From positions 771-64,770 of the forward strand of contig JAEZHQ010000129.1 of NCBI GenBank assembly GCA_023416455.1: a stretch of DNA of 64,000 nt. Direction: 5' to 3'. The first letter of the stretch is position 1; each line of letters begins with the position of its first letter. The DNA comes from Pseudomonadota bacterium (GTDB lineage Bacteria; Pseudomonadota; Alphaproteobacteria; Azospirillales; Azospirillaceae). The position numbers and the translations under genes were made by a program. The notes beneath the pieces were generated by a model, which was given only the letters and a program-made list of their open reading frames with translations, had not been told where the DNA came from and did not search any database. Positions 1 to 10,639 of the stretch are shown here, piece by piece.

Positions 1-1
1 C

Positions 2-2215
<2,214 letters not shown>

Positions 2216-2262
2216 AGCCGGCCGGCCTTCGGAGGTGACGGGGCGCTCCCCCGTCCCGGCGC

Positions 2263-2346
2263 CGGAAGCGATTTGAAGCGTGAATCCGCTCGCAAACCAA
2301 AGGTCCGGAGCGGCGTGCGTTTCAGGCTGGATGCAGGCCGCTCTAG
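2263..2346 (+). repeat. Dispersed palindromic intergenic element, copy 1 (CIR/BRU-RS/RIME-like MITE)
   Basis: Ungapped 84-nt match (61/84 by hand) to the reverse complement of 44909-44992. Terminal hairpin GAGCGGC...GCCGCTC, ending in CTAG. Confidence 0.75.
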
Positions 2347-2666
2347 ACGATCCGCACCGGTGGAAATGGGTGGGTCTCGCGGGTGGGGGCCATGCGGCGG
2401 TCATAGGCGTTGGAATGGCGCAGGCAGGTGCGCCGGTAGAGGGCGGTCAGCGCCGCCGCCCGCGCGTCGTCGCCGCGGCGGCGGGCGTCGCCCAGCGCAT
2501 CCCAGACCATCTGGCGCAGGGCGGCGTTGCCCCACGGCTCGCTCATCATGGCCGCACCACGGATGGACGCTTCGTCGGCGGTCAGATGCTCGTGCTGGGC
2601 GATGACCGCGATCTCGTCCTCGTCGAGGACGCAGTCGGTCGGCGGACTCACATCCGGGAGCGGCAT
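2343..2666 (-). CDS. Hypothetical protein, 107 aa (MPLPDVSPPTDCVLDEDEIAVIAQHEH...)
   Basis: GGAGG RBS upstream of the ATG at 2666. Protein-like composition in the C-terminal part of ORF 2343..3026. Confidence 0.7.
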   Translation of the reverse strand: MPLPDVSPPTDCVLDEDEIAVIAQHEHLTADEASIRGAAMMSEPWGNAALRQMVWDALGDARRRGDDARAAALTALYRRTCLRHSNAYDRRMAPTRETHPFPPVRIV

Positions 2667-2915
2667 GGCGCGTTTCCTCCATGGGTGATCGGCGCGCCGG
2701 CCCGGCCCGGTCGCATCCTGTGGCCGCCGGCCTTCCTGATAAGAACGTAACAAATGCCGTCCGTTCCCTGCAATGAAACGAACGTCCTGGCCGCAACGCC
2801 TATGCCTGTGGCACGGACGCAGCAAGCCGCCATGGCCCTTCCCTTGTCCCCAGGGGGGGCGGCACGCCACATAGGGGGCACGCCCGATCCGATCGTGCAC
2901 AGGAGTGAGACTCCC

Positions 2916-3695
2916 ATGAATCCCGAGGAACGCACCCTCCTTTCCGACCTCTTCCGGCATCTGCGCGACGCCGAATCCCAGCCGCGCGACGCCGAGGCCG
3001 AGCGCTTCATCCAGGAGATGCTGCAAGGCCAGCCGGCCGCCCCCTATTACATGGCGCAGGCGGTCCTGGTGCAGCAGCAGGCGCTCGCCGGCGCCCAGAA
3101 GCGCATCGAGGAGCTGGAGCGCCAGGTGAAGGAGGCGCAGTCCCGCGCCCAGCCCGCCGGCGGGGGTGGCAGCTTCCTGTCCAACGCCCTCGGCCGCGGT
3201 GGTCCCTGGGGCGGCGGCGAGCCGGTCCGCTCACCCGCGCCGGCCGTGGCGCCGGACCCCGCACGCTCCCCCGCACCTCCGGTTCGAGGCACCTGGGGGG
3301 CGCCGCCGCCGCCGGCCGGCGGCTACGCCCGTCCCGGCCAGGGCCAGCCCGGCTTTGGCGGGCCAGGCTTCGGCCCTCAGGCGCAGGCGTCCGGCGGCGG
3401 CTTCCTGAGGGGGGCTGCCCAGACGGCAGCGGGGGTGGCCGGCGGCATGATCGCCGCGAGCGCCATCTCCTCCATGTTCAGCCATTCGCCCGGTCCCTTC
3501 GGGGGCGCCGGGGCGGCCGATGCCGCCCACCAAGCCCCCGACCAGGGCTTTGCTGCCCCGGCGCCGGAGATGCAGACCGTCGATTATCAGTCCGACGACC
3601 CCGGCTTCGACGACCCCGGCTTCGACGACTCTGGGTCCGACGACCCTGGCTTTGACGACCCTGGCTCCGACGGCGGCGACGAAGGCTGGATCTGA
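2916..3695 (+). CDS. DUF2076 family protein (Gly/Pro-rich, acidic repeat tail)
   Basis: MNPEERTLLSDLF..PRDAEAE..QPAAPYYMAQAVLVQ and GGFLRGAAQTAAGVAGG motifs. AGGAG RBS. Confidence 0.85.
   Translation: MNPEERTLLSDLFRHLRDAESQPRDAEAERFIQEMLQGQPAAPYYMAQAVLVQQQALAGAQKRIEELERQVKEAQSRAQPAGGGGSFLSNALGRGGPWGGGEPVRSPAPAVAPDPARSPAPPVRGTWGAPPPPAGGYARPGQGQPGFGGPGFGPQAQASGGGFLRGAAQTAAGVAGGMIAASAISSMFSHSPGPFGGAGAADAAHQAPDQGFAAPAPEMQTVDYQSDDPGFDDPGFDDSGSDDPGFDDPGSDGGDEGWI
3594..3668 (+). repeat. Five 15-bp coding tandem repeats (DDPGF-type)
   Basis: gacgaccccggcttc x2, gacgactctgggtcc, gacgaccctggcttt, gacgaccctggctcc. Confidence 0.9.
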
Positions 3696-3889
3696 TCCCG
3701 GCCCGGTGACCGTCCGCACGGCTGCGCCGGCCGGAGCGCCGTTGGACGGACGCCATCCGCGCCGCCGGGTCCGGGACTGACCGATCTGGCCGCCGGCGGC
3801 GCCGCGCGCATTGACCTTGCTCAGTGCGCGCGGCGCGCTGCCCTGGCAGGCTGGTTCCGTCGTCGGAGCGAGAAGGAGGGGTCCCCCGC

Positions 3890-4348
3890 ATGAAGATCGC
3901 CGTCGCCACCCAGGATTTCCGTACGATTGCCACCCACGGCGGCCGCGCCCGCCGCTTTCTGGTGTTCGAGGCCGAGGCCGGCCGCGACCCCGTCCTGGCG
4001 GGGCGCATCGAGTTGGGCGAGGATGAGGTTCTGCATCACGCCGGCGACGGCCGTCCGCACCCCATCGACGCGGTGCGCGTGGTCATCGCCGGCAGTTCCG
4101 GCCAGGGCTTCCTCAACCACATGCGCCGACGCGGCATCGAGCCGGTGACCACCCTGGAGACCGATCCCGTCCAGGCGATCCGCGACCATCTCGCCGGTAC
4201 CGTCAAGCCCGCCCCACCGCCGGACCATCCCCACGACCACCACGACTCCCACCACGATTCGGGCCACGACTCCCACCACGATTCGGGCCACGACTCCGGC
4301 CATGGCCACCGGCGCGACGGCGTGCGCGGCCCTACACCGGGAAGCTGA
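3890..4348 (+). CDS. NifB/NifX/NafY (FeMo-cofactor-binding fold) family protein with His/Asp-rich tail
   Basis: MKIAVATQD..IATHGGRARRFLVFE..HPID..VVIAGSSGQGF..RRRGIEP..ETDP pattern. AAGGAGG RBS. Confidence 0.8.
   Translation: MKIAVATQDFRTIATHGGRARRFLVFEAEAGRDPVLAGRIELGEDEVLHHAGDGRPHPIDAVRVVIAGSSGQGFLNHMRRRGIEPVTTLETDPVQAIRDHLAGTVKPAPPPDHPHDHHDSHHDSGHDSHHDSGHDSGHGHRRDGVRGPTPGS
4241..4300 (+). repeat. 24-bp coding tandem repeat (HDSHHDSG x2 plus partial)
   Basis: cacgactcccaccacgattcgggc occurs twice exactly, followed by cacgactccggc. Confidence 0.9.
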
Positions 4349-5024
4349 CGCTGGCGGTGGTGCCGGCGGCGTCGCTGTCGGTGGACAGCGTGTCGCCGAG
4401 CTGGGAGGCGAGCGCTTCGGCCAGCATCAGCCCGTCCTCCGCGGTGGTGTCGAAGCCGGCGGGCAGGGGCCGGCCGTTGTCCTCGACCGTCAGGCGGGCG
4501 CGCCCGTTGGCCTCCTGCGTGACGGCAACGCGGATCCAGCCCTGTTCGGGATAGGCGTGATGCAGGCTGCTGGTCAGCAGCTCGGCCGTGATCAGGCCGA
4601 GCGGCATCGCCTCGTAGAGGCCGATCTGGATGGGGTCGGAGGTCACTTCGATGGGGATGTTGGCGAGGCCGCCCGGGGTGCCGTGCCGCACCGCCTCGGC
4701 CAGCGCCTCCACGTAGCGGTGCAGGTCGATGTGCGTGCCCGATCCCGATTCATGGAGCTGGCGGTAGAGGATGGCCAGAGCCTCGATGCGGACCAACGTC
4801 TGCTCGTAGGCGGCACGCGCGTCGGGATCGCGGATGCGGCCGGCCTGAAGCTTCAGCAGGCTGATCACCAGCTGGAGGCTGTTCTTGGCGCGATGCTGCA
4901 ACTCGCGCAGTTCGGACTCCAGTTCCCGGATGCGGACGGTGAGCGGATCCTCCGTCCTGTCCGGACCGGAGGCGGGGCGATCCGGTGGCAGGGCGACCGG
5001 CAGGATCCGGGGGGGCATCGGCAT
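4332..5024 (-). CDS. Sensor-less HisKA_2-type histidine kinase-like protein (degenerate ATP-binding boxes)
   Basis: H-box ELQHRAKNSLQLVISLL. N-box reads ELLTSSLHHAY, G1 reads VEDNGRP. Confidence 0.85.
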   Translation of the reverse strand: MPMPPRILPVALPPDRPASGPDRTEDPLTVRIRELESELRELQHRAKNSLQLVISLLKLQAGRIRDPDARAAYEQTLVRIEALAILYRQLHESGSGTHIDLHRYVEALAEAVRHGTPGGLANIPIEVTSDPIQIGLYEAMPLGLITAELLTSSLHHAYPEQGWIRVAVTQEANGRARLTVEDNGRPLPAGFDTTAEDGLMLAEALASQLGDTLSTDSDAAGTTASVSFPV

Positions 5025-5047
5025 TACGTGGATCTCGGCTGAGGCAT
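5024..5047 (-). other. 7-codon upstream ORF MPQPRST, coupled (TAATG) to the kinase start
   Basis: Minus strand reads GGAGGGAAACCGCC-ATG CCT CAG CCG AGA TCC ACG TAA-TG. Confidence 0.5.
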
Positions 5048-5266
5048 GGCGGTTTCCCTCCAGGTCGTGAACAATTTATGCGCTCCAACACGGACCCGAG
5101 TTGGTTCTGAGGAAGTACCTCGGGGCGCATAGTTCCATCGTCAAGGGGGCGTCCCACGGCTGTGGCCGACGGCCCCGCGGCCCGGCGCATCCCCCTCGTC
5201 CGGGGAGTGCCCGGACAAGTGTGGGACCTGTCCGAAAAGGCGTTTGCGGATCGCCGGCGGCATGGC

Positions 5267-6307
5267 ATGAGTGGCGCCATGCGCAGGCGACCGAACGTCC
5301 TTCCCATCCTGTTCCTTCTGGCCCTGGCGGGCGGTTGCGCGGCGGCGGCCGTCGGCAATGCCGACGGTCGGGCGCCGGACTCGCGGCCTGTCGCCCTCCA
5401 CGAGGGGACGGCCGACCCCGTCCCGCTCGGCGCCCTGCGCCCGCTCGGTGCCCTCGAACTGCCCGACGGCGCCGGTGTCGGCGGGCTGTCGGGCCTGTGG
5501 GTGAGCCCGGAGGGCGACCGCTTCGTGGCGGTCAGCGACAACGGGCGGTCGGTGACCGGCCACCTCGCCTACGACTCCGTGGGCCGCCTCGCCGCGGCGG
5601 GCGGCTACGCCGTGCGGGAGCTGCCGCTCGACGACGGCAAGGGGCAGCAGGGACGGCGCAACGATTCCGAGGAGCTGGCCCGGCTGCCGGACGGCGGCTG
5701 GCTGGTCTCCTTCGAGCGCAACCACCGCATCCTCCGCTACCGCTCCGCCGACCGCCCGATGGGGGCGCCGCAACGCCTGCCCACCCCGCCGGGGCTGGAG
5801 GACGCGCCGCCCAACGCCGGGGTCGAGGCGCTGGCGGTCCTCGCCGACGGCCGTCTGCTTGCCATCGAGGAAGGCGACGACAGCGCCGCGCCGGAGCGCC
5901 GCGCCTGGATCGCCAAGGGTACCCCGGCGACGCGCGGCGACTGGCAGCCGCTGACCTACCGCGCGGCCCCGCGCTTCCGCCCGGTGGGAGCGGCGGCACT
6001 GCCCGATGGCGGTGCGCTGGTGCTGGAACGCCGGGTCTCGCTGCTGGGCGGCTGGGCGTCGCGGATCGTCCACGCCCGGCCCGACTCCTTTCGTCCCGGC
6101 GCCACCATCGACGGGGTCGAGCTGGCACGGCTGGAGCCGCCGCTTCTGACCGACAATTTCGAGGCGATCGCCGTGCGGCCCGGCCGCGACGGCGATCTGC
6201 TGGTCTACATCCTGTCCGACGACAACCGCAGCGTGCTCCAGCGGACTTATCTGGCGATGTTCGCGCTGCCGGCCGACGCCCTGCAGCCGGCGCTGGCGCG
6301 GCGCTGA
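5267..6307 (+). CDS. Esterase-like activity of phytase family secreted beta-propeller protein
   Basis: Signal peptide, then GGLSGL, FVAVSDNG, DSEELA, NAGVEALA, DNFEAIA and ILSDDN motifs. Start is uncertain (5267 or 5279). Confidence 0.85.
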   Translation: MSGAMRRRPNVLPILFLLALAGGCAAAAVGNADGRAPDSRPVALHEGTADPVPLGALRPLGALELPDGAGVGGLSGLWVSPEGDRFVAVSDNGRSVTGHLAYDSVGRLAAAGGYAVRELPLDDGKGQQGRRNDSEELARLPDGGWLVSFERNHRILRYRSADRPMGAPQRLPTPPGLEDAPPNAGVEALAVLADGRLLAIEEGDDSAAPERRAWIAKGTPATRGDWQPLTYRAAPRFRPVGAAALPDGGALVLERRVSLLGGWASRIVHARPDSFRPGATIDGVELARLEPPLLTDNFEAIAVRPGRDGDLLVYILSDDNRSVLQRTYLAMFALPADALQPALARR

Positions 6308-6488
6308 TCCGGCGCGCCGGCGCCGTGCCGGACAATGCCCGAGGCGCCTGATGTGGCTGCCATCCAGCGCCTCGGGTTCATTTGGCTTCGCGCCCATAGG
6401 GGTGTCCATGCGGGCGCGCCGCCGCGGTCGCAGACGGATATAGGAGCGTGATACCGGGGCCGGCCGTCAGGACGTTCCGGCCCTGCTG

Positions 6489-7091
6489 TCAGACGCTCTC
6501 GTAGAGGCCGTTCGACCCCTGGTTCGAATCGCCGCCGCCGGTGTTGACCGCCGGCTCGCGGTGGTGGTGGATGCGCGCGATGCTGGGCATCAGATCCATA
6601 AGCTCGATGAAGTTGTCGGCCTGGCGGCGCAGCTCGTCCGCGACCATGGGGGGCGCCGAGCGCACCGTGCTGATGACGCTGACGCGCACGCCTTTGCGCT
6701 GCACCGCGTCGACCAGCCGGCGGAAGTCGCCGTCGCCCGAGAACAGCAGGATGTGGTCCACACGCTCGGCCATCTCCATCACGTCGATGGCCAGCTCGAT
6801 GTCCATGTTGCCCTTGATCTTCCGGCGGCCGGAGGCGTCGGTGAACTCCTTGGTCGGCTTGGTCACCATGGTGTAGCCGTTGTAGTCCAGCCAGTCGACC
6901 AGCGGGCGGATCGGCGAGTATTCCTGGTCCTCGACCAGCGCTGTGTAGTAGAAGGCGCGGATCAAGCGCCCCTCGGAGGCAAATCCGTCGCGAAGGCGCC
7001 GATAATCAATATCAAAGCCAAGGGCGCGCGCCGCTGCATAGAGGTTTGCGCCGTCGATGAACATCGCAATGCGCTCTTCCTTATAAAACAA
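6489..7091 (-). CDS. NYN (LabA/DUF88) domain protein
   Basis: FIDGANLY, KGNMDIELAID and LFSGDGDF motifs. Usual position divergent from rpoZ. TTG start inferred. Confidence 0.92.
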   Translation of the reverse strand: MFYKEERIAMFIDGANLYAAARALGFDIDYRRLRDGFASEGRLIRAFYYTALVEDQEYSPIRPLVDWLDYNGYTMVTKPTKEFTDASGRRKIKGNMDIELAIDVMEMAERVDHILLFSGDGDFRRLVDAVQRKGVRVSVISTVRSAPPMVADELRRQADNFIELMDLMPSIARIHHHREPAVNTGGGDSNQGSNGLYESV

Positions 7092-7297
7092 TTTTGTAAC
7101 TTCTTTTGGCAACGTGGTGTTGCGTTCCAATGTCGTATTCCTTCTACGGGGTTCGTGCAATATGAGCAACGCGCGCGAAATTGCAGGGCGCCTGCCTAGA
7201 AACTAGGGATTCGCCAGGCCCGCAGCAAGGGGGCGGCCGCGTCCCTGGCGGTACGGGCGGAGTAAGGCCGGCGGGCCGATTCCGCCGGCCTAAGCGC

Positions 7298-7326
7298 TTG
7301 CGCCGGTGGCGGTGCATCAATATATT
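7298..7326 (+). promoter_or_regulatory. sigma70-type promoter of rpoZ
   Basis: TTGCGC-N17-TATATT about 35 nt upstream of the ATG. Confidence 0.55.
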
Positions 7327-7360
7327 CAAATGCCCTCGCAGATCCCGGAGTTGGTTTGGC

Positions 7361-7801
7361 ATGGCCCGCGTTACCGTCGAAGATTGCGTCCTCAAGGTTC
7401 CGAACCGGTTCGAGCTGGTGATGATGGCGGCCCAGCGCGCGCGCGAAGTCGCGTCCGGAGCGCCGCTGTCGATCGACCGCGACAACGACAAGAATCCCGT
7501 GGTCGCCCTGCGCGAGATCGCGGACGAGACGGTGTCGCTCGATCACCTGAAGAACTCCCTGATCAAGGGCCACCAGAAGCACGTCGAGCCGGACGAGCCC
7601 GAGGAGGAGATCGTCGAGCTGATGGCCGGCGAGCACGACTGGGCCGCGCGCAGCGACAACTCCCTGGAGGACGATGAGGCGCTGGGCGAAGGCGAGGAGG
7701 TGGGTGAGGGGGAGGATCTGCTGTCCGACATGGATGGCGACGCTCCCTTCGGCGCCGTGGAGGACGACATCGTCGGGCGCGATGCCGACGGGGACATCTG
7801 A
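7361..7801 (+). CDS. rpoZ: RNA polymerase omega subunit
   Basis: [34 protein letters not shown]. Confidence 0.98.
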   Translation: MARVTVEDCVLKVPNRFELVMMAAQRAREVASGAPLSIDRDNDKNPVVALREIADETVSLDHLKNSLIKGHQKHVEPDEPEEEIVELMAGEHDWAARSDNSLEDDEALGEGEEVGEGEDLLSDMDGDAPFGAVEDDIVGRDADGDI

Positions 7802-7825
7802 CACTGACCCTCCGCGGGGGTTTTG

Positions 7826-7847
7826 GGGGGCCGCAAGGCCCCCTTCT
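7826..7847 (+). terminator. GNRA-loop hairpin between rpoZ and rsh (partial terminator or stabiliser)
   Basis: GGGGGCC-GCAA-GGCCCCC followed by TTCT. Confidence 0.45.
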
Positions 7848-7891
7848 CGTCTACACAACAACAAGGCGCTTGCCGCGCCGGGTCGGGTGGC

Positions 7892-10057
7892 ATGATCCGG
7901 CAATATGAACTTGTGGAACGGGTCCGGGCCTACGATCCGTCGGCCGACGAGGATCTGCTCAACCGCGCCTACGTCTTCTCCATGAAGGCGCACGGCTCGC
8001 AGACCCGCGCCTCGGGCGATCCCTACTTCCTCCACCCGCTGGAGGTCGCGGGCATCCTCACCCAGCTGAAGCTGGACGCCGGAACCATCGCGACCGCGCT
8101 GCTGCACGACACCGTCGAGGACACGGTGGCGACGCTGGAGGACATCGAGCGGCTCTTCGGCAAGGAGATCGCGCGGCTGGTCGACGGCGTGACCAAGCTG
8201 TCGCGGTTGGAGCTGCACAGCGAGCAGGCCAAGCAGGCCGAGAACTTCCGCAAGCTGGTTCTGGCCATGTCGGAGGACATCCGCGTCCTCCTGGTCAAGC
8301 TGGCCGACCGGCTGCACAACATGCGCACGCTGTTCCACCTGAAGAACCCGGACAAGCGCAAGCGCATCGCCCGCGAGACCATCGAGATCTACTCGCCCCT
8401 GGCCGAGCGCATCGGCATGCACCAGGTCAAGGACGAGCTGGAGGATCTGGCCTTCGCGGAACTCAACCCCGACGCCCGCGACAGCATCCTGGCCCAGCTT
8501 TCCCGCCTGCGCTCGGAAGGGGAGAACCGCGTCCAGCGCATCATCGACGAGCTGCGCGAGACCCTGGAGGTCGAGGGACTGGCGAACGTCACCGTCACCG
8601 GCCGCGAGAAGACCGCCTATTCCATCTGGCGCAAGCTCCAGCGCAAGAACGTCAGCTTCGAGCAGCTGTCCGACATCATGGCCTTCCGGATCACGGTCGA
8701 CAGCGTGCCGGAATGCTATCAGGCGCTGGGCATCATCCACGCCAACTATCCGGTCGTGCCGGGCCGCTTCAAGGACTACATCTCCACGCCCAAGCCGAAC
8801 GGCTACCGCTCCCTGCACACCGGCGTGATCGGCCCCGAGCGCAACCGCATCGAGGTGCAGATCCGCACCGCCGACATGCACGCCATCGCCGAGCTGGGCG
8901 TGGCCGCCCATTGGGCCTACAAGCAGGGCCAGCCGCGCACCGAGGCGCGGGAGTACCGCTGGCTGCGCGAGCTTCTGGACATACTGGAGCACGCCCAGAA
9001 GCCCGAGGAGTTCCTGGAGCACACCAAGCTGGAGCTGTTCCAGGACCAGGTGTTCTGCTTCACCCCCAAGGGCGACCTGATCGCGCTGCCGCGCGGGGCG
9101 ACCCCGGTGGACTTCGCCTACGCCGTCCATTCCGAGGTCGGCGACCATTGCGTCGGCGCCAAGATCAACGGCCGCATGCTGCCGCTGCGCACCCAGCTCC
9201 AGAACGGCGACCAGGTCGACATCATCACCTCCAAGGCGCAGAGCCCGGTGCCGGGCTGGGAGCGCTTCGTCGTCACCGGAAAGGCGCGGGCGCGCATCCG
9301 CAAGTTCCTGCGCACCCAGCAGCGCGCCCAGTACATCGAGCTTGGCCGCGCCATCCTCCAGCGCCAGTTCAAGGCGGAGGGCTACGAGTTCTCCGAGAAG
9401 GCGCTGGACGGCGTCGTCAAGATCTTCCAGCAGCCGGGTGCCGACGATCTTCTGGCCAGCGTCGGTTCCGGCCTGCATTCGGGGCGGGAGGTCTTCCACG
9501 CCGTCTTCCCCGGCCACAAGCCGCATCAAACGGCCAAGGACGGCGAGGACAAGACCGTCGTCCCGCTGCCCAAGCCCAAGCCCAGGCACAAGGGCAAGGA
9601 CGCGCCGCTGCCCATCAAGGGACTGATTCCCGGCATGGCCGTCCATTACGCCCGCTGCTGCCACCCCCTGCCGGGCGACCGCATCGTCGGCATCGTCACC
9701 ACCGGCAAGGGCGTCACCATCCACACCATCGACTGCGAGACGCTGGAAAGCTTCCACGAATCGCCCGAACGCTGGATCGACGTCGCCTGGGACGTCGGGC
9801 CCGACAATCCCGAGGAGCATGTCGGCCGCATCACGCTGGTGGTGGCCAACGAACCGGGCTCGCTCGGCACCCTGTCCACGGTGATCGGCAAGAACGGCGG
9901 CAACATCACCAACCTGAAGATCACCAGCCGCAACACCGACTTCTTCGAGCTGCTGATCGACATCGACGTGAAGGACGCCAAGCACCTGACCAACATCATG
10001 GCGGCCCTGCGCGCCACCCCGGCCATCAACTCCGTGGACCGCGCCCGCGGGCGGTGA
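7892..10057 (+). CDS. spoT: Bifunctional (p)ppGpp synthetase/hydrolase (Rsh)
   Basis: HD motif LLHDTVED, VKLADRLHNMRT, KDYISTPKPNGYRSLHT, TGS and ACT domains. Confidence 0.97.
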   Translation: MIRQYELVERVRAYDPSADEDLLNRAYVFSMKAHGSQTRASGDPYFLHPLEVAGILTQLKLDAGTIATALLHDTVEDTVATLEDIERLFGKEIARLVDGVTKLSRLELHSEQAKQAENFRKLVLAMSEDIRVLLVKLADRLHNMRTLFHLKNPDKRKRIARETIEIYSPLAERIGMHQVKDELEDLAFAELNPDARDSILAQLSRLRSEGENRVQRIIDELRETLEVEGLANVTVTGREKTAYSIWRKLQRKNVSFEQLSDIMAFRITVDSVPECYQALGIIHANYPVVPGRFKDYISTPKPNGYRSLHTGVIGPERNRIEVQIRTADMHAIAELGVAAHWAYKQGQPRTEAREYRWLRELLDILEHAQKPEEFLEHTKLELFQDQVFCFTPKGDLIALPRGATPVDFAYAVHSEVGDHCVGAKINGRMLPLRTQLQNGDQVDIITSKAQSPVPGWERFVVTGKARARIRKFLRTQQRAQYIELGRAILQRQFKAEGYEFSEKALDGVVKIFQQPGADDLLASVGSGLHSGREVFHAVFPGHKPHQTAKDGEDKTVVPLPKPKPRHKGKDAPLPIKGLIPGMAVHYARCCHPLPGDRIVGIVTTGKGVTIHTIDCETLESFHESPERWIDVAWDVGPDNPEEHVGRITLVVANEPGSLGTLSTVIGKNGGNITNLKITSRNTDFFELLIDIDVKDAKHLTNIMAALRATPAINSVDRARGR

Positions 10058-10118
10058 GCGCAGTTCGGAAATCCTGCTTGGGCCATGAAGGGCCGAAGCA
10101 TCATCGGAAGGCCCCCCT

Positions 10119-10544
10119 ATGCCGGAAGCGAACCCCGCCGAGCCGACCGTCTTCAGCCGCCTGATCGCCGGCGCGCTGCCCTGCGCCCGGGTCTACGAAG
10201 ACGAGGAGACCTTCGCCTTCATGGACGCGGGCCAGGTCAATCCCGGCCATGTCCTGGTCGCGCTGAAGCGGCCGGCCCCGACCATCCTCGACGTCACCGA
10301 GGCGGAGGCGGCGGCCCTCTTCCGGACCGTCCACAAGGTCGCCCGCGCCGTGCAGGCGGCCTTCGCGCCGGAGGGGATCACCATCCTCCAGGCCAACCGG
10401 CCGGCCGGCTGGCAGACGGTTCCGCACATCCACGTGCATGTGGTGCCCCGCCACCGGGGCGACGCCGCCGACCTGGTGTGGCCGCGCAGCAACCCGCCGC
10501 TGGAGGCGCTGCGGGCGCTGGCGGCGCGGATCGTGGTCGAATGA
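10119..10544 (+). CDS. HIT family nucleotide hydrolase
   Basis: VFSRLIAG, PGHVLV and QTVPHIHVHVVPR triad. Confidence 0.93.
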   Translation: MPEANPAEPTVFSRLIAGALPCARVYEDEETFAFMDAGQVNPGHVLVALKRPAPTILDVTEAEAAALFRTVHKVARAVQAAFAPEGITILQANRPAGWQTVPHIHVHVVPRHRGDAADLVWPRSNPPLEALRALAARIVVE

Positions 10545-10639
10545 CGGCGTGACGGGACGCCGTACCGCCGCTATATAGACGGGAACCCGTCCCCGCCCGC
10601 GTCCGGCGCGCGGGGGCGGGAGCCCGGAGTTTTTGGCCC

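Noticed and set aside
2809..2824. sigma54 promoter TGGCACGGACGCAGCA upstream of the DUF2076 gene
   Set aside because: The GG-N10-GC spacing is right, but the -12 element is CAGC rather than TTGC. Not supportable on its own.
3811..3824. FNR/FixK box (TTGAC-CTTG-CTCAG) upstream of the NifX-like gene
   Set aside because: The right half-site has two mismatches to RTCAA, which is too weak without conservation data.
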